Assembly (NCBI GenBank): GCA_965248755.1
Contig: OZ252149.1
Coordinates: forward strand, 864,001 to 928,000
Direction: 5' to 3'
DNA length: 64,000 nucleotides
Source: Candidatus Latescibacterota bacterium
Lineage (GTDB): Bacteria; Latescibacterota; CBDEFO01
The notes under the pieces were generated by a model, which did no database searches, was not told where the DNA came from, and worked only from the letters and a program-made list of their open reading frames with translations. A program made the position numbers and the translations under genes. Below, one piece after another: positions 21,068-29,926 of the stretch (within the stretch, counting starts at the first letter, position 1; each line of letters begins with the position of its first letter).

Positions 21068-22192
21068 ATGGCTGAACTTTGCTGTGCAGAATGTGGACAG
21101 ATGTATCCCGGAAATTCTCCAGCTTGGAGATGTGAGTGCGGCGGCATATTGGACTTGGAGTACAAGGCGCGTTTCCCACTGAACCAGATAGAAAAAAGGG
21201 AGCCGACGCTTTGGAGGTACCGGGAGGCTATCCCAATATTGGATGACGATAATATAGTCTCTCTGGGTGAGGGCTACACTCCGTTGGTGGAGACGGACCT
21301 GAACGGAAGCAGATTTCTATTGAAGCTTGAGTATCTGATGCCATCGGGGTCTTTTAAAGATCGAGGGGCGTCGGTCCTCATAAGTAAGGCTAAAGAGCTT
21401 AAGGTGGACAGCTTAGTGGAGGATTCCTCGGGAAATGCAGGAAGCGCGATCGCTGCTTATTGTGCTCTTTGTGGAATAGAGTGCGAGATTTTTGTGCCTT
21501 TCGGAACTCCCGCAGGGAAATTGGCTCAGATTGAGGGATACGGCGCAAAGCTAAGGAGAATAGAGGGCTCAAGGGAGAATGTAGCTGAAGCTGCCTTAGA
21601 GCGGGCTTTCAACATCTATTACGCAAGCCACAGCTGGAATCCGTTCTTCTTACAGGGGACAAAGACGTTTGCATTTGAGGTATGCGAGCAGTTGGGCTGG
21701 AGAGCACCAGATGTGGTGGTGGTCCCTGTGGGCAATGGAACGCTACTCTTAGGGGCTTATATGGGTTTTAAGGAATTGTCCCTTGAGGGGATTATAGAGA
21801 GCGTTCCAAGAATCGTAGCGGTACAGTCTGCAGGGTGTGATCCGATTTGCAAGGCGTTCGAAGAAGGTTCAGATGCTCCGGCTGAGATCAAAAAGCGGGA
21901 TTCAATTGCCGATGGGATCGCAGTGGCGAAACCCGTAAGGGGAAGGCAGATATTAGCTGCTCTTAGGGAGGGCGGTGGCATGACTCTATCAGTGTCGGAC
22001 AAAGAGGTTGCCGATGCTCTCTGGATGCTGTGCGGAAAGGGACTCTACGTAGAGCCTACAGGGGCTGTGGCCCTTGCGGGGGCACTGAAGTACGTAGAAA
22101 ATAATGAAGATGGGAAGACAATTGTCCTCCCGCTTACAGGATCAGGGTTAAAGGAGAAAGAAAAGATGACCAACTTGTTGACTCGACATTAA
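21068..22192 (+). CDS. Threonine synthase-like PLP enzyme (fold type II)
   Basis: N-terminal CxxC/CxC, SGSFKDRG, DSSGNAG, PVGNGT, EPT, LTGSG. Confidence 0.85.
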   Translation: MAELCCAECGQMYPGNSPAWRCECGGILDLEYKARFPLNQIEKREPTLWRYREAIPILDDDNIVSLGEGYTPLVETDLNGSRFLLKLEYLMPSGSFKDRGASVLISKAKELKVDSLVEDSSGNAGSAIAAYCALCGIECEIFVPFGTPAGKLAQIEGYGAKLRRIEGSRENVAEAALERAFNIYYASHSWNPFFLQGTKTFAFEVCEQLGWRAPDVVVVPVGNGTLLLGAYMGFKELSLEGIIESVPRIVAVQSAGCDPICKAFEEGSDAPAEIKKRDSIADGIAVAKPVRGRQILAALREGGGMTLSVSDKEVADALWMLCGKGLYVEPTGAVALAGALKYVENNEDGKTIVLPLTGSGLKEKEKMTNLLTRH

Positions 22193-22203
22193 AGGACATT
22201 CTT

Positions 22204-22656
22204 TTGGACAGCTTGTTGGACTACATCCGCAGCTTATTTCCCCTGTTATCGGGGGCCGGGATAGTATGTCTTCTGGTGTGGTTAGGTGTGAAATTGGCGG
22301 GAGTGGAGGGCGTTACAGCGGGCGGAATAGTAGTTGTGGGGGCTATCTACACTGTAGCAAGTCTGATGTTGAGTATGATTTTCAACTATACTGTATTACC
22401 CGGAGCAGTTATCATCTATACTCTGGGTATCTGTGTTCTCTTTTTACTGATCAGATTTCTATTTGAGACCTCGAACAGGGAGGCCCTTTTGAGTTTGGTT
22501 CCGCTTCTGGGGACGTCGGGATTATTTTTAGTATATGAGTTCTTAAACAGGCTTTCAAAGAAAGTTCCCTGGATCGGGATCATCGTGTCCGCAGCGGTCT
22601 TAGGGCTCTTGATCTCCAGGTACATTTCAAGAGGCCAAAAAGGGAAGAGTGATTAG
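22204..22656 (+). CDS. Hypothetical membrane protein
   Basis: About 5 hydrophobic segments; tightly coupled to neighbouring genes. Confidence 0.7.
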   Translation: MDSLLDYIRSLFPLLSGAGIVCLLVWLGVKLAGVEGVTAGGIVVVGAIYTVASLMLSMIFNYTVLPGAVIIYTLGICVLFLLIRFLFETSNREALLSLVPLLGTSGLFLVYEFLNRLSKKVPWIGIIVSAAVLGLLISRYISRGQKGKSD

Positions 22657-23446
22657 TATGTTCGGTTTGCTGGGCTTTGTAGGTTATAAAACGAGGCGTC
22701 TTTTCGAGGTCGTAGCGGATATTTCCGCCTTCTCTCTGAGGACCTTAAGGGGGACCTTGGATTTCCACAAGCAGGGGTTTTGGACTTCTTTCGAGGTAGT
22801 GGTAAAGCAGGTATATTTTACAGGCCTGGAGGCTATACCGTTCCTGACTCTAGTCTCGCTGATTTTAGGGTCTGTGGTTATCATTCAGTCTCTACCACAG
22901 TTGATCGGCGTAGGAGCGCAGAGATTTATAGGGACAATATTAGTTATAGCGATCATAAGGGAGTTAGGCCCGCTCATAACAGCCGTCATCGTGATAAGCA
23001 GATCGGGAACTGCCATGGCTGCAGAATTGGCGACCAATAAAGTGGACGGGGAGATCGAGGCTTTAGAGGCCATGGGAGTGGATATGTTTAGATTCAGCGT
23101 GCTTCCCAGGATCATAGGTTGTATTATCTCTACGTTTTGTCTTATAATCTACTTTGATGTGATAGCCCTGGTGGGTGGGTTCCTGGTGGCGAGTTTTAAA
23201 CTGACTATGCCCTTGACGATTTATTTAGGTCACATATTCGATGCGTTGACGCTTACTGATGTGTATATAAGCTTTTCAAAAGGCGCCCTGTTCGGGATGA
23301 TCGTCGCTCTTTTCTCCTGCTACAACGGACTATTAGCTCATAGGGCAAGTTGGGAGGTCCCGGCAGTCGCAAGGGACGGTGTGATGCAGGCGATGTTCTT
23401 TGTGTTCGTATCGAGTGCGATTATCTCTGTCGCATTTTATCTGTAG
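22649..23446 (+). CDS. MlaE-family ABC permease
   Basis: RELGPLITA...RSGTAMAAEL, EIEALEAMG, VLPR. Confidence 0.92.
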   Translation: MISMFGLLGFVGYKTRRLFEVVADISAFSLRTLRGTLDFHKQGFWTSFEVVVKQVYFTGLEAIPFLTLVSLILGSVVIIQSLPQLIGVGAQRFIGTILVIAIIRELGPLITAVIVISRSGTAMAAELATNKVDGEIEALEAMGVDMFRFSVLPRIIGCIISTFCLIIYFDVIALVGGFLVASFKLTMPLTIYLGHIFDALTLTDVYISFSKGALFGMIVALFSCYNGLLAHRASWEVPAVARDGVMQAMFFVFVSSAIISVAFYL

Positions 23447-23453
23447 TTGAATT

Positions 23454-24221
23454 ATGTCAGAAGACTATGCCATACAGTTCGAGAATGTCTTTGTAGAGAT
23501 CGATGGACGGCAGTTTATTAAGGGTATAGACCTTTGCATCAAAAGGGGAGAAAATTTTGTGCTCTTCGCACCGAGCGGGAGCGGTAAGTCGTTCTTCATC
23601 AGGCTTACACTGGGACTCTACAAGGCAAATCGGGGAGTTGTGAGAGTAAACGGAATAGATATTTCACAGTACGGAAGGTCAGAACTCCTGGATCTTCGAG
23701 AAAATTTGGGCACTGTCTTCTACAGGAACTTCGGACTGATAGGCAATATGACTGTGGCTGGGAATATATCTTTGCCTTTGAGCTATCATACAAAGATGAA
23801 GACGGATGAGATCGAGGGGAGGGTGAACGAGCTGTTAACGGTGTTAAACATTGAAAAGGAGAAAGATAAAAGGCCTTATCTTTTAGATAGTTATGTAAGT
23901 AGGAAAGTGGCACTGGCCAGAGCCCTTGTCCTTAATCCCGAGATCCTTCTGTGCGACGATCCGTCTCTTGGGCTATCTCCGTTGATGGTAAGGGATATAG
24001 TAGAGTCAGTCTTTACGCTGGAAAATCCGGGCCCGAAGGGAAAGCGCACGAATTTTGTGGCTGTGTCGGGGATAGAGCATTACACAAGCTTTGCAGATAG
24101 ATTGGCACTATTTAAGGATGGAAAGATACGGTTTGTCGGGACTTATGAAGAACTCCTGTCGTGCGAGGAGGATTGTGTTAAGGAGTTTATTCAAAAAGTC
24201 AATGTTGAAAAAGGAATATAG
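23454..24221 (+). CDS. MlaF-like ABC ATP-binding protein with degenerate motifs
   Basis: Walker A APSGSGKS; RKVALARALVLNPEILLCDDP; follows the MlaE gene. Confidence 0.85.
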   Translation: MSEDYAIQFENVFVEIDGRQFIKGIDLCIKRGENFVLFAPSGSGKSFFIRLTLGLYKANRGVVRVNGIDISQYGRSELLDLRENLGTVFYRNFGLIGNMTVAGNISLPLSYHTKMKTDEIEGRVNELLTVLNIEKEKDKRPYLLDSYVSRKVALARALVLNPEILLCDDPSLGLSPLMVRDIVESVFTLENPGPKGKRTNFVAVSGIEHYTSFADRLALFKDGKIRFVGTYEELLSCEEDCVKEFIQKVNVEKGI

Positions 24222-24264
24222 GAGCTTACGGAAAAGCTCATTTCAAGAAGATAGGTAACTCAAG

Positions 24265-24852
24265 ATGAACACCTCAATACATGACGAGGTTTTAGCAAGA
24301 GTAAAGCTTGGGGGAGATCTTGTGGGTGCGGACCTTTCTGGTGCCGACCTGGAAAATGTAGATCTTTCGGGTGTGGACATGACAAGGGCGAAATTAGACG
24401 GTACAAATCTTAAAGGGGCAAGGTTAATAGGAACGAGATTAGAGCATGCGAGCCTGAAAGAAGCAGACCTTTCAAAGGGCATTCTTAAGGTGGCCTTTTT
24501 AGTGCATTCGGATCTGGACGGGGCGAAGTTCGACGATGCGGACATGGAAGGAGCCTTCCTTTCGGGGAGCAATCTTAAGGGCGCAAGCTTCAGAAGGACA
24601 AATCTTAAGGATGCGAGATTCGGGGTTGTAAAATTCGGAAAGCCCAATGCCGAAGAACTGCCGACGTCGTTTAGGGGCGCAAATCTGGAGAACGCCTTCT
24701 TCTCTCAGGTGGACTTCAACGGCGTGGATCTAAGGGAGGCGAACCTTACAAAGGCTTTTCTGCACGAGGCCAAGCTCTACGGAGCGATATTGGACGGCGC
24801 TATTATGGATGGGGCGATTCTGAAGGGGGGTCACGGCTCTGAGAGGTTTTGA
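24265..24852 (+). CDS. Pentapeptide-repeat protein
   Basis: Continuous A(D/N)Lxx repeats. Confidence 0.93.
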   Translation: MNTSIHDEVLARVKLGGDLVGADLSGADLENVDLSGVDMTRAKLDGTNLKGARLIGTRLEHASLKEADLSKGILKVAFLVHSDLDGAKFDDADMEGAFLSGSNLKGASFRRTNLKDARFGVVKFGKPNAEELPTSFRGANLENAFFSQVDFNGVDLREANLTKAFLHEAKLYGAILDGAIMDGAILKGGHGSERF

Positions 24853-24874
24853 ATGAGTAGAAAGTGGTCAGTAG

Positions 24875-24896
24875 CCCCGGATAGATTCAATCGGGG
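24875..24896. repeat. 21-bp palindrome copy (one extra G)
   Basis: CCCCGGATAGATTCAATCGGGG. Confidence 0.9.
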
Positions 24897-25153
24897 CGCT
24901 TGCCATGACAGTTTTAAGGTACCCGTAATAACCCAAGTCGGGCTACGTCACTGCACGTCCCTCCAGGTCATTACAAGGGGGATGAAATCCCCCGAAGCAA
25001 TCTTCCCGTATGCTGCTACTATTTTGACCTGATACTTAGCCTGATACTTAGCAATGTATAGCTTGGTCAGATATTTCATAAAGACGAGTATAGTCTTTCT
25101 CTTTATAGGCCTGGTGTCGGGCGGCTATATGATTGTGGCTCGAGAGATATTAG

Positions 25154-25339
25154 CCCGGATTTACCCGGCCAGGAGTAGGACAAAAATGCCTGCATCACCT
25201 CTGACGATACCCCCTTAACCCTTCCACCTAACTCCTGATTGTATTTCTCAATAAAGTAATCGACAAGGAAAAAGGGAAGGTCCTCGATATGCTCGCGTAG
25301 CGGCGGCAGGACGATAGGAACGACGTTAAGGCATAAGAA
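25154..25339 (-). pseudogene. 186-bp passenger fragment of a sigma-54-dependent (NtrC-type) activator gene carried by IS1380
   Basis: Manual translation LNVVPIVLPPLREHIEDLPFFLVDYFIEKYNQELGGRVKGVSSEVMQAFLSYSWPG. Confidence 0.85.
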
Positions 25340-26965
25340 CCGACATTCCCCATATCACATTCATGAGGGATTATATTTCGATACATTCTTGTTTCTGAAT
25401 TAATATTACCACTTTTACATTTTTCAACAAGTACTTTTTTCAATTAAAATAGTATTTTCCTCTGAATTATCACTTTCTTTGTGTTTAAATCCTCCAATTA
25501 GAGACACCTCTCCATCGACTCACAAAAAAATGTGGCAGTTTAAACAGAATAACATCGCAATCGTTCAATCCGGGATAATATTTCGGCAAATAACCTCTTG
25601 TCTATCCCAACCTCAGCCATTTGAAACGTAATATATCCGCTGTGTCTGACAATCTTCGCTCCGATTTTGATAAATTTCACGAGGAGGCTGCGTAGTGACC
25701 AGTGTTTGATTTTCTTCGGAAGAACAAAACGTCGCAGGAAGTTGCCCAAGTTGTAAGCCAGAACAAACAGCCAGAGCCTCACCTGATTGGAGACGAAACG
25801 CTTGCATGAGAGTCGGGTCCAGTTCAGAGCATACTTGCCCTCCTTAATCCACTGCTCAGCTCTGCCACGGCCATTGTAGAAGTGTACCACGCCTTCTGGC
25901 TTGGCGCTCATGTTGGTCACGATAAATCCCACTCTTGGGAATAACTCCCCTTGGTGCCATTCAACCTTGGCGACCACTCGCCTCGATTGATCCCAACTGG
26001 CCGCTTTATATTGAAATTCATATAACGATACAATCGGTTTCCTCGGCGGTCGTCCAACTGGCCGAGTCAGCAGGTATCGTATCTTTTCATAGAGTATCTC
26101 ATTTGCGGGAAGCCGAATGGCATACAAATAGCCGTTTCCCTCCAGATAATCATAAATCTCAGGCTTTGCGAATGCAGCATCGCCTCGAAAGTATTTCCTA
26201 TTCTTCTTGCTCTCGTATCTCTTGACGATCGGTTCCAGAACTTCCTTCCAACGATCAGCACTGTGAACATTACCAGAGCGAAGTAGGACTCCTTCACAAT
26301 CCCCGAACTGATTGAAGCAGAACACTGGATGAAAACAGGTACATCCGAAATGACCGTTGTAAGCTGATCCTTCCTGCTGGCCATGTACCGGACTCTCCGA
26401 ACTGTCCATGTCCAGAATGATTCGTTGATGCTGTGTTTTACTCATCGCTTTTTGAACCCACTTGCCATTGATATCTGACAAGTTTCTGAGATTGTCATGC
26501 TGAGTCAGTATATCAGTTTCAAAACGTCCTATCGTGTTGGAGCTGGCAGCTTGCCTGCCTTTGTCCTTCTTTCCGGTAATCGCTCGCATGACGGGATCAA
26601 CGGATAATCGCTCGGCGTCATTTACATCTTCATATCCTGCAAGACGGCTGTATATCGATTGACGCAGGAGAGTAGATATATCATGTTGGATATTACGGCC
26701 TGTGCGTTTATCGGTAAAAACCGCTGATACCGAATCAAATAATCCCAGTGCGTAATCAAGGTCACGATACGCAAGAAGTCCACCGTTTGATGTCACCTTT
26801 GCACCATGAAATTCAAGCTTTATTCCTCCATCAAAACCTACTTTCATTCTTTCACCCTCTGGATGATCAATATTTATCCGCCATTTATGAGTCTTATTTA
26901 TTGTAATATAACATGTTCTGGCGACTTTGACAACCATTTTTCGGGTCTAATATGGCGAATGGGGG
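25340..26965 (-). mobile_element. IS1380-family element, copy 1 (1626 bp)
   Basis: Ends CCGACATTCCCCAT and ATGGCGAATGGGGG; matches copy 2. Confidence 0.95.
25540..26937 (-). CDS. IS1380-family transposase
   Basis: TSNGG, GYEDVND, LDMDSS, RGDAAF, YNGRGRAEQWIKEGK; true start may be a downstream Met. Confidence 0.93.
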   Translation of the reverse strand: MVVKVARTCYITINKTHKWRINIDHPEGERMKVGFDGGIKLEFHGAKVTSNGGLLAYRDLDYALGLFDSVSAVFTDKRTGRNIQHDISTLLRQSIYSRLAGYEDVNDAERLSVDPVMRAITGKKDKGRQAASSNTIGRFETDILTQHDNLRNLSDINGKWVQKAMSKTQHQRIILDMDSSESPVHGQQEGSAYNGHFGCTCFHPVFCFNQFGDCEGVLLRSGNVHSADRWKEVLEPIVKRYESKKNRKYFRGDAAFAKPEIYDYLEGNGYLYAIRLPANEILYEKIRYLLTRPVGRPPRKPIVSLYEFQYKAASWDQSRRVVAKVEWHQGELFPRVGFIVTNMSAKPEGVVHFYNGRGRAEQWIKEGKYALNWTRLSCKRFVSNQVRLWLFVLAYNLGNFLRRFVLPKKIKHWSLRSLLVKFIKIGAKIVRHSGYITFQMAEVGIDKRLFAEILSRIERLRCYSV

Positions 26966-27403
26966 ATTAGATGTACCTCTGCATTATCAGATAATAACAG
27001 CGCACGTTCATTTACTGCTTGTGGGGTTTATACTGATGATGATCATGGGCGTGGCGCTGTGGATGTTCCCGAGACTCCCAAAGGGCGACGAGGGATATAG
27101 TCCGGACTTGTCTAAAAGCCTTGTGAAAAACCCTTAAATCGAACAAATAGTATAAAAACATTGACGGAGCAATCTCCATGTATTATATTATATCATTGAT
27201 AATATTATACATGGAGGAAATAATAACGCCACAAAAGAAGGAACAGACAAATCTGATATTTCACTATTTTCAGATGGAGGATTTAGTTCCCCAAGACCAT
27301 ATTCTCCGTCAAATTGATAAAGCGGTTGATTTTTCATTTGTACGAGACGTTGTGTCAGATTGTTATTGCTCTGATAATGGCAGACCCGGTATTGATCCTG
27401 AAT

Positions 27404-28691
27404 TGTACTGCCCCCCAGAAAAGCGACATCAATTAAGCAACTTGGGGTAGCAGATAAAATTGTTTTCTCCACTCTTCCGGGGTCTTGTATCCCAGGGATG
27501 AATGAAGCCTGTTCTTGTTGTAATTATCGATCCACTGAGATATGATCTTCTCAGCTTGTTCAAAGGACTTGAAATTGTGAAGCCACACACACTCCTGCTT
27601 GAGGGTCCTGAAAAAACGTTCTATGACCCCGTTCCAATCGGCCTTTCCGCTCGGAATATATTCTTGACGAATGTCCCAATATTCGGTACTTGCCAAATAG
27701 GTCCGAGACAAAAAGATGGAGCCGTTGTCAGAGCGCAAAGTGAGACCCTGGGGGACAGCCTCCTTAGGAAGTGTATCGAGAGATCACGGCCCGATCCAGG
27801 GCATCTGTGGCCTCCAGTGCCCTCCCTTTTCGACTAAAACGATACCCGGGGAACCTCCCGACTCCCGTTGTCCACCACCGCAATAAGAGGACACCAACCA
27901 TCTTCCCCACAATAGATCTTGGTCAAGTCAGCCGACCAGAGACTGTCAGGACGATCCATCACAGAACGCTTCTGGGCAACCTGTGGCCCCTTTCTCCCGG
28001 GGTCCCCGATTGATTCTATCGGGGATTCCACAGCTTACACTGCCACCCCTTAAGCTTCATTATCCTATGAACCTTCTTGATGTTGACATATGCCCCTTCC
28101 TTGAAACGAAGATGCGCCCAAACCCGCCTGTGACCAAATGCCTCTTCTTGGTCGAGTATCCCTCGAATACGAAAAGCAAGCTGTTCATCTATCACAGACT
28201 CTTCGACAGAAGAACTGACACCTCTATACCTAAGCCTACACAGAGTCGAACGATGCAAACCCAAAGCCAAAGCTACCACCTTCCGGGAATAGCCTCGACC
28301 CAAAAACCGCTCACTCAAGGCAACCGCTTCGTTTTTTTTAGACGGGCTACCTCCTCGAGTATCTCCAACTGGAGGGTTAAGTGCCCTACCTTACGCTCCA
28401 ACCGGCTGACCTCCCGCTCCTTCGCATCCTTGCGACCACGCCGAGACTTCAGACTCTCCTGGCCTCCTTCCAAGAAACTATCACGCCAAGCATACGCCTG
28501 TGACTGGCTAATTCCATTCTTCCAACACACCTCTGATACATTCGCTCCTTTCAAAACAGCCAACACCACCTCTACCTTACGGGTCGCCGTCCAGCGCTTA
28601 CCATCTTTCACTTCGGGGCTTGACACCTTGACCTCCTTTCTCAAACCCCAATTTGCAAAATATTTGTCGCCCTGTCAAGGGGAGCGGTATG
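27404..28691 (-). mobile_element. IS3-family element, copy 2 (orfB inactivated)
   Basis: 4-bp target duplication GAAT (27400-27403 and 28692-28695); orfA intact at 28315-28644; orfB has two +1 indels and a net +20-bp palindrome insertion relative to copy 1. Confidence 0.95.
28004..28024. repeat. 21-bp palindrome inserted in IS3 orfB
   Basis: CCCCGATTGATTCTATCGGGG, absent at the homologous site of copy 1 (near 651). Confidence 0.95.
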
Positions 28692-29926
28692 GAATTAGTT
28701 ATTCGAATGATCCTTATCGGCTATTTGTATAATTTGAGTGAGAATCGGCTTTGTCAGGAAGTGGCGATGCATGCGGCATATAGGTTGTTTTGTCATCAGA
28801 CATTTGAGGATGAGGTTCCAGACAGAAGCACGATCAACAAGCTTCGCAATCACAAGTGGGCATCTAGTGGATTGTTTGAACAGATAATGCGTCAGGTAGT
28901 CCAGCGCTGTATAGATGTCGGTCTTGTGAGCGGTAAACACTTAAGTGTTGATGGCACTCAGATACGAGCGAATGCTTCGGTGAAGAGTATTGAGCCGATA
29001 GAGCTTCCTGTTTCTCTTGATGACTACCTAAAGGAAATGGGTTTTGAAGGTGATAAGGTACAGGCCGAAGATAGGTCTGGGCATTCTCACGATAAGGACT
29101 TTCATGGTGAAAAGTGGACGAACCAGACGCACCGTTCGACTACAGACCCCGATGCTCTCTTATACAAAAAGTCAAAAGGCACGGGGGCTTCTCTTTCGTT
29201 TATGGGTCATGATCTCATCGACACAAAAAGTAGAGTAATCCTTGAGACACAGGGCACACAGGCGACAGCCGAGACTGAAAGTGCCCTTAAGATGGTTGAT
29301 GATCTTGAAGTATACACTATGCCCGAAGGCATTCAGACACTTACTGCCGATACCGGTTACGGTTCTGGTGGTTTTATCGCTGATATACTTGACTGGGGAA
29401 TCACACCCCACATTCCTCTGCGATCAGGTGAAGAGATTGAGCCAATTCCTACTTGGAAAAACAAGACAAATTTCGTACATATTCAGGCCAAGCGAGATAA
29501 GAAAGTGCGAGAGGCAAAGGCCAGGAATTATGCACGATCTATCTCATTGACATCTGACTACAGACTCTCCCAGAAGCTCCGCAAACGCAGTGAACATATC
29601 TTTGCTGAAGCCAAACAACAGCACGGTATGGGCCGAGCCCGTTACAGGGGATTGGCCTCACTGAATGAACAGTTAAATCTTGTTGCAACAGTGCAGAATC
29701 TCAAGAGGCTTGTATCCTTCATAAGAAGGAGAAAAGCGTCTATATGTGCCCTGTCTGTCAAAGACAGTGCATCCTGTTCTTCAAACAGCTTCTATTCCTT
29801 GCTGACCAGAACTCTGATGAGACTATTTTGCTTATTCCATAGCAAAACGATACGATATGCTACTGTTTGACCCATAATAAGCGTTTCAGACGCTGCCTAC
29901 AAGATAACTATTTCACAAGGCTTTTA

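Larger units (their letters stand above)
25054..27113 (+). pseudogene. Small membrane protein (heme-copper oxidase subunit I-like fragment family), split by an IS1380 unit and truncated by IS1182
   Basis: MYSLVRYFIKTS...AREIL joins in frame to DVPLHYQIITAHVHLLLVGF...WMFPR once 25154-26970 is removed. Confidence 0.75.
27211..29870 (+). pseudogene. IS1182-family transposase split by IS3
   Basis: LVPQDHILRQID...GRPGIDPE joins LVIRMILIGYLY, VDGTQIRANAS, ADTGYG, RKRSEHIFAEAK. Confidence 0.9.
27113..29926 (+). mobile_element. IS1182-family element interrupted by IS3 copy 2
   Basis: Inverted ends TAAAAGCCTTGTGAAA and TTTCACAAGGCTTTTA; exact boundary uncertain by about 3 bp. Confidence 0.85.
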
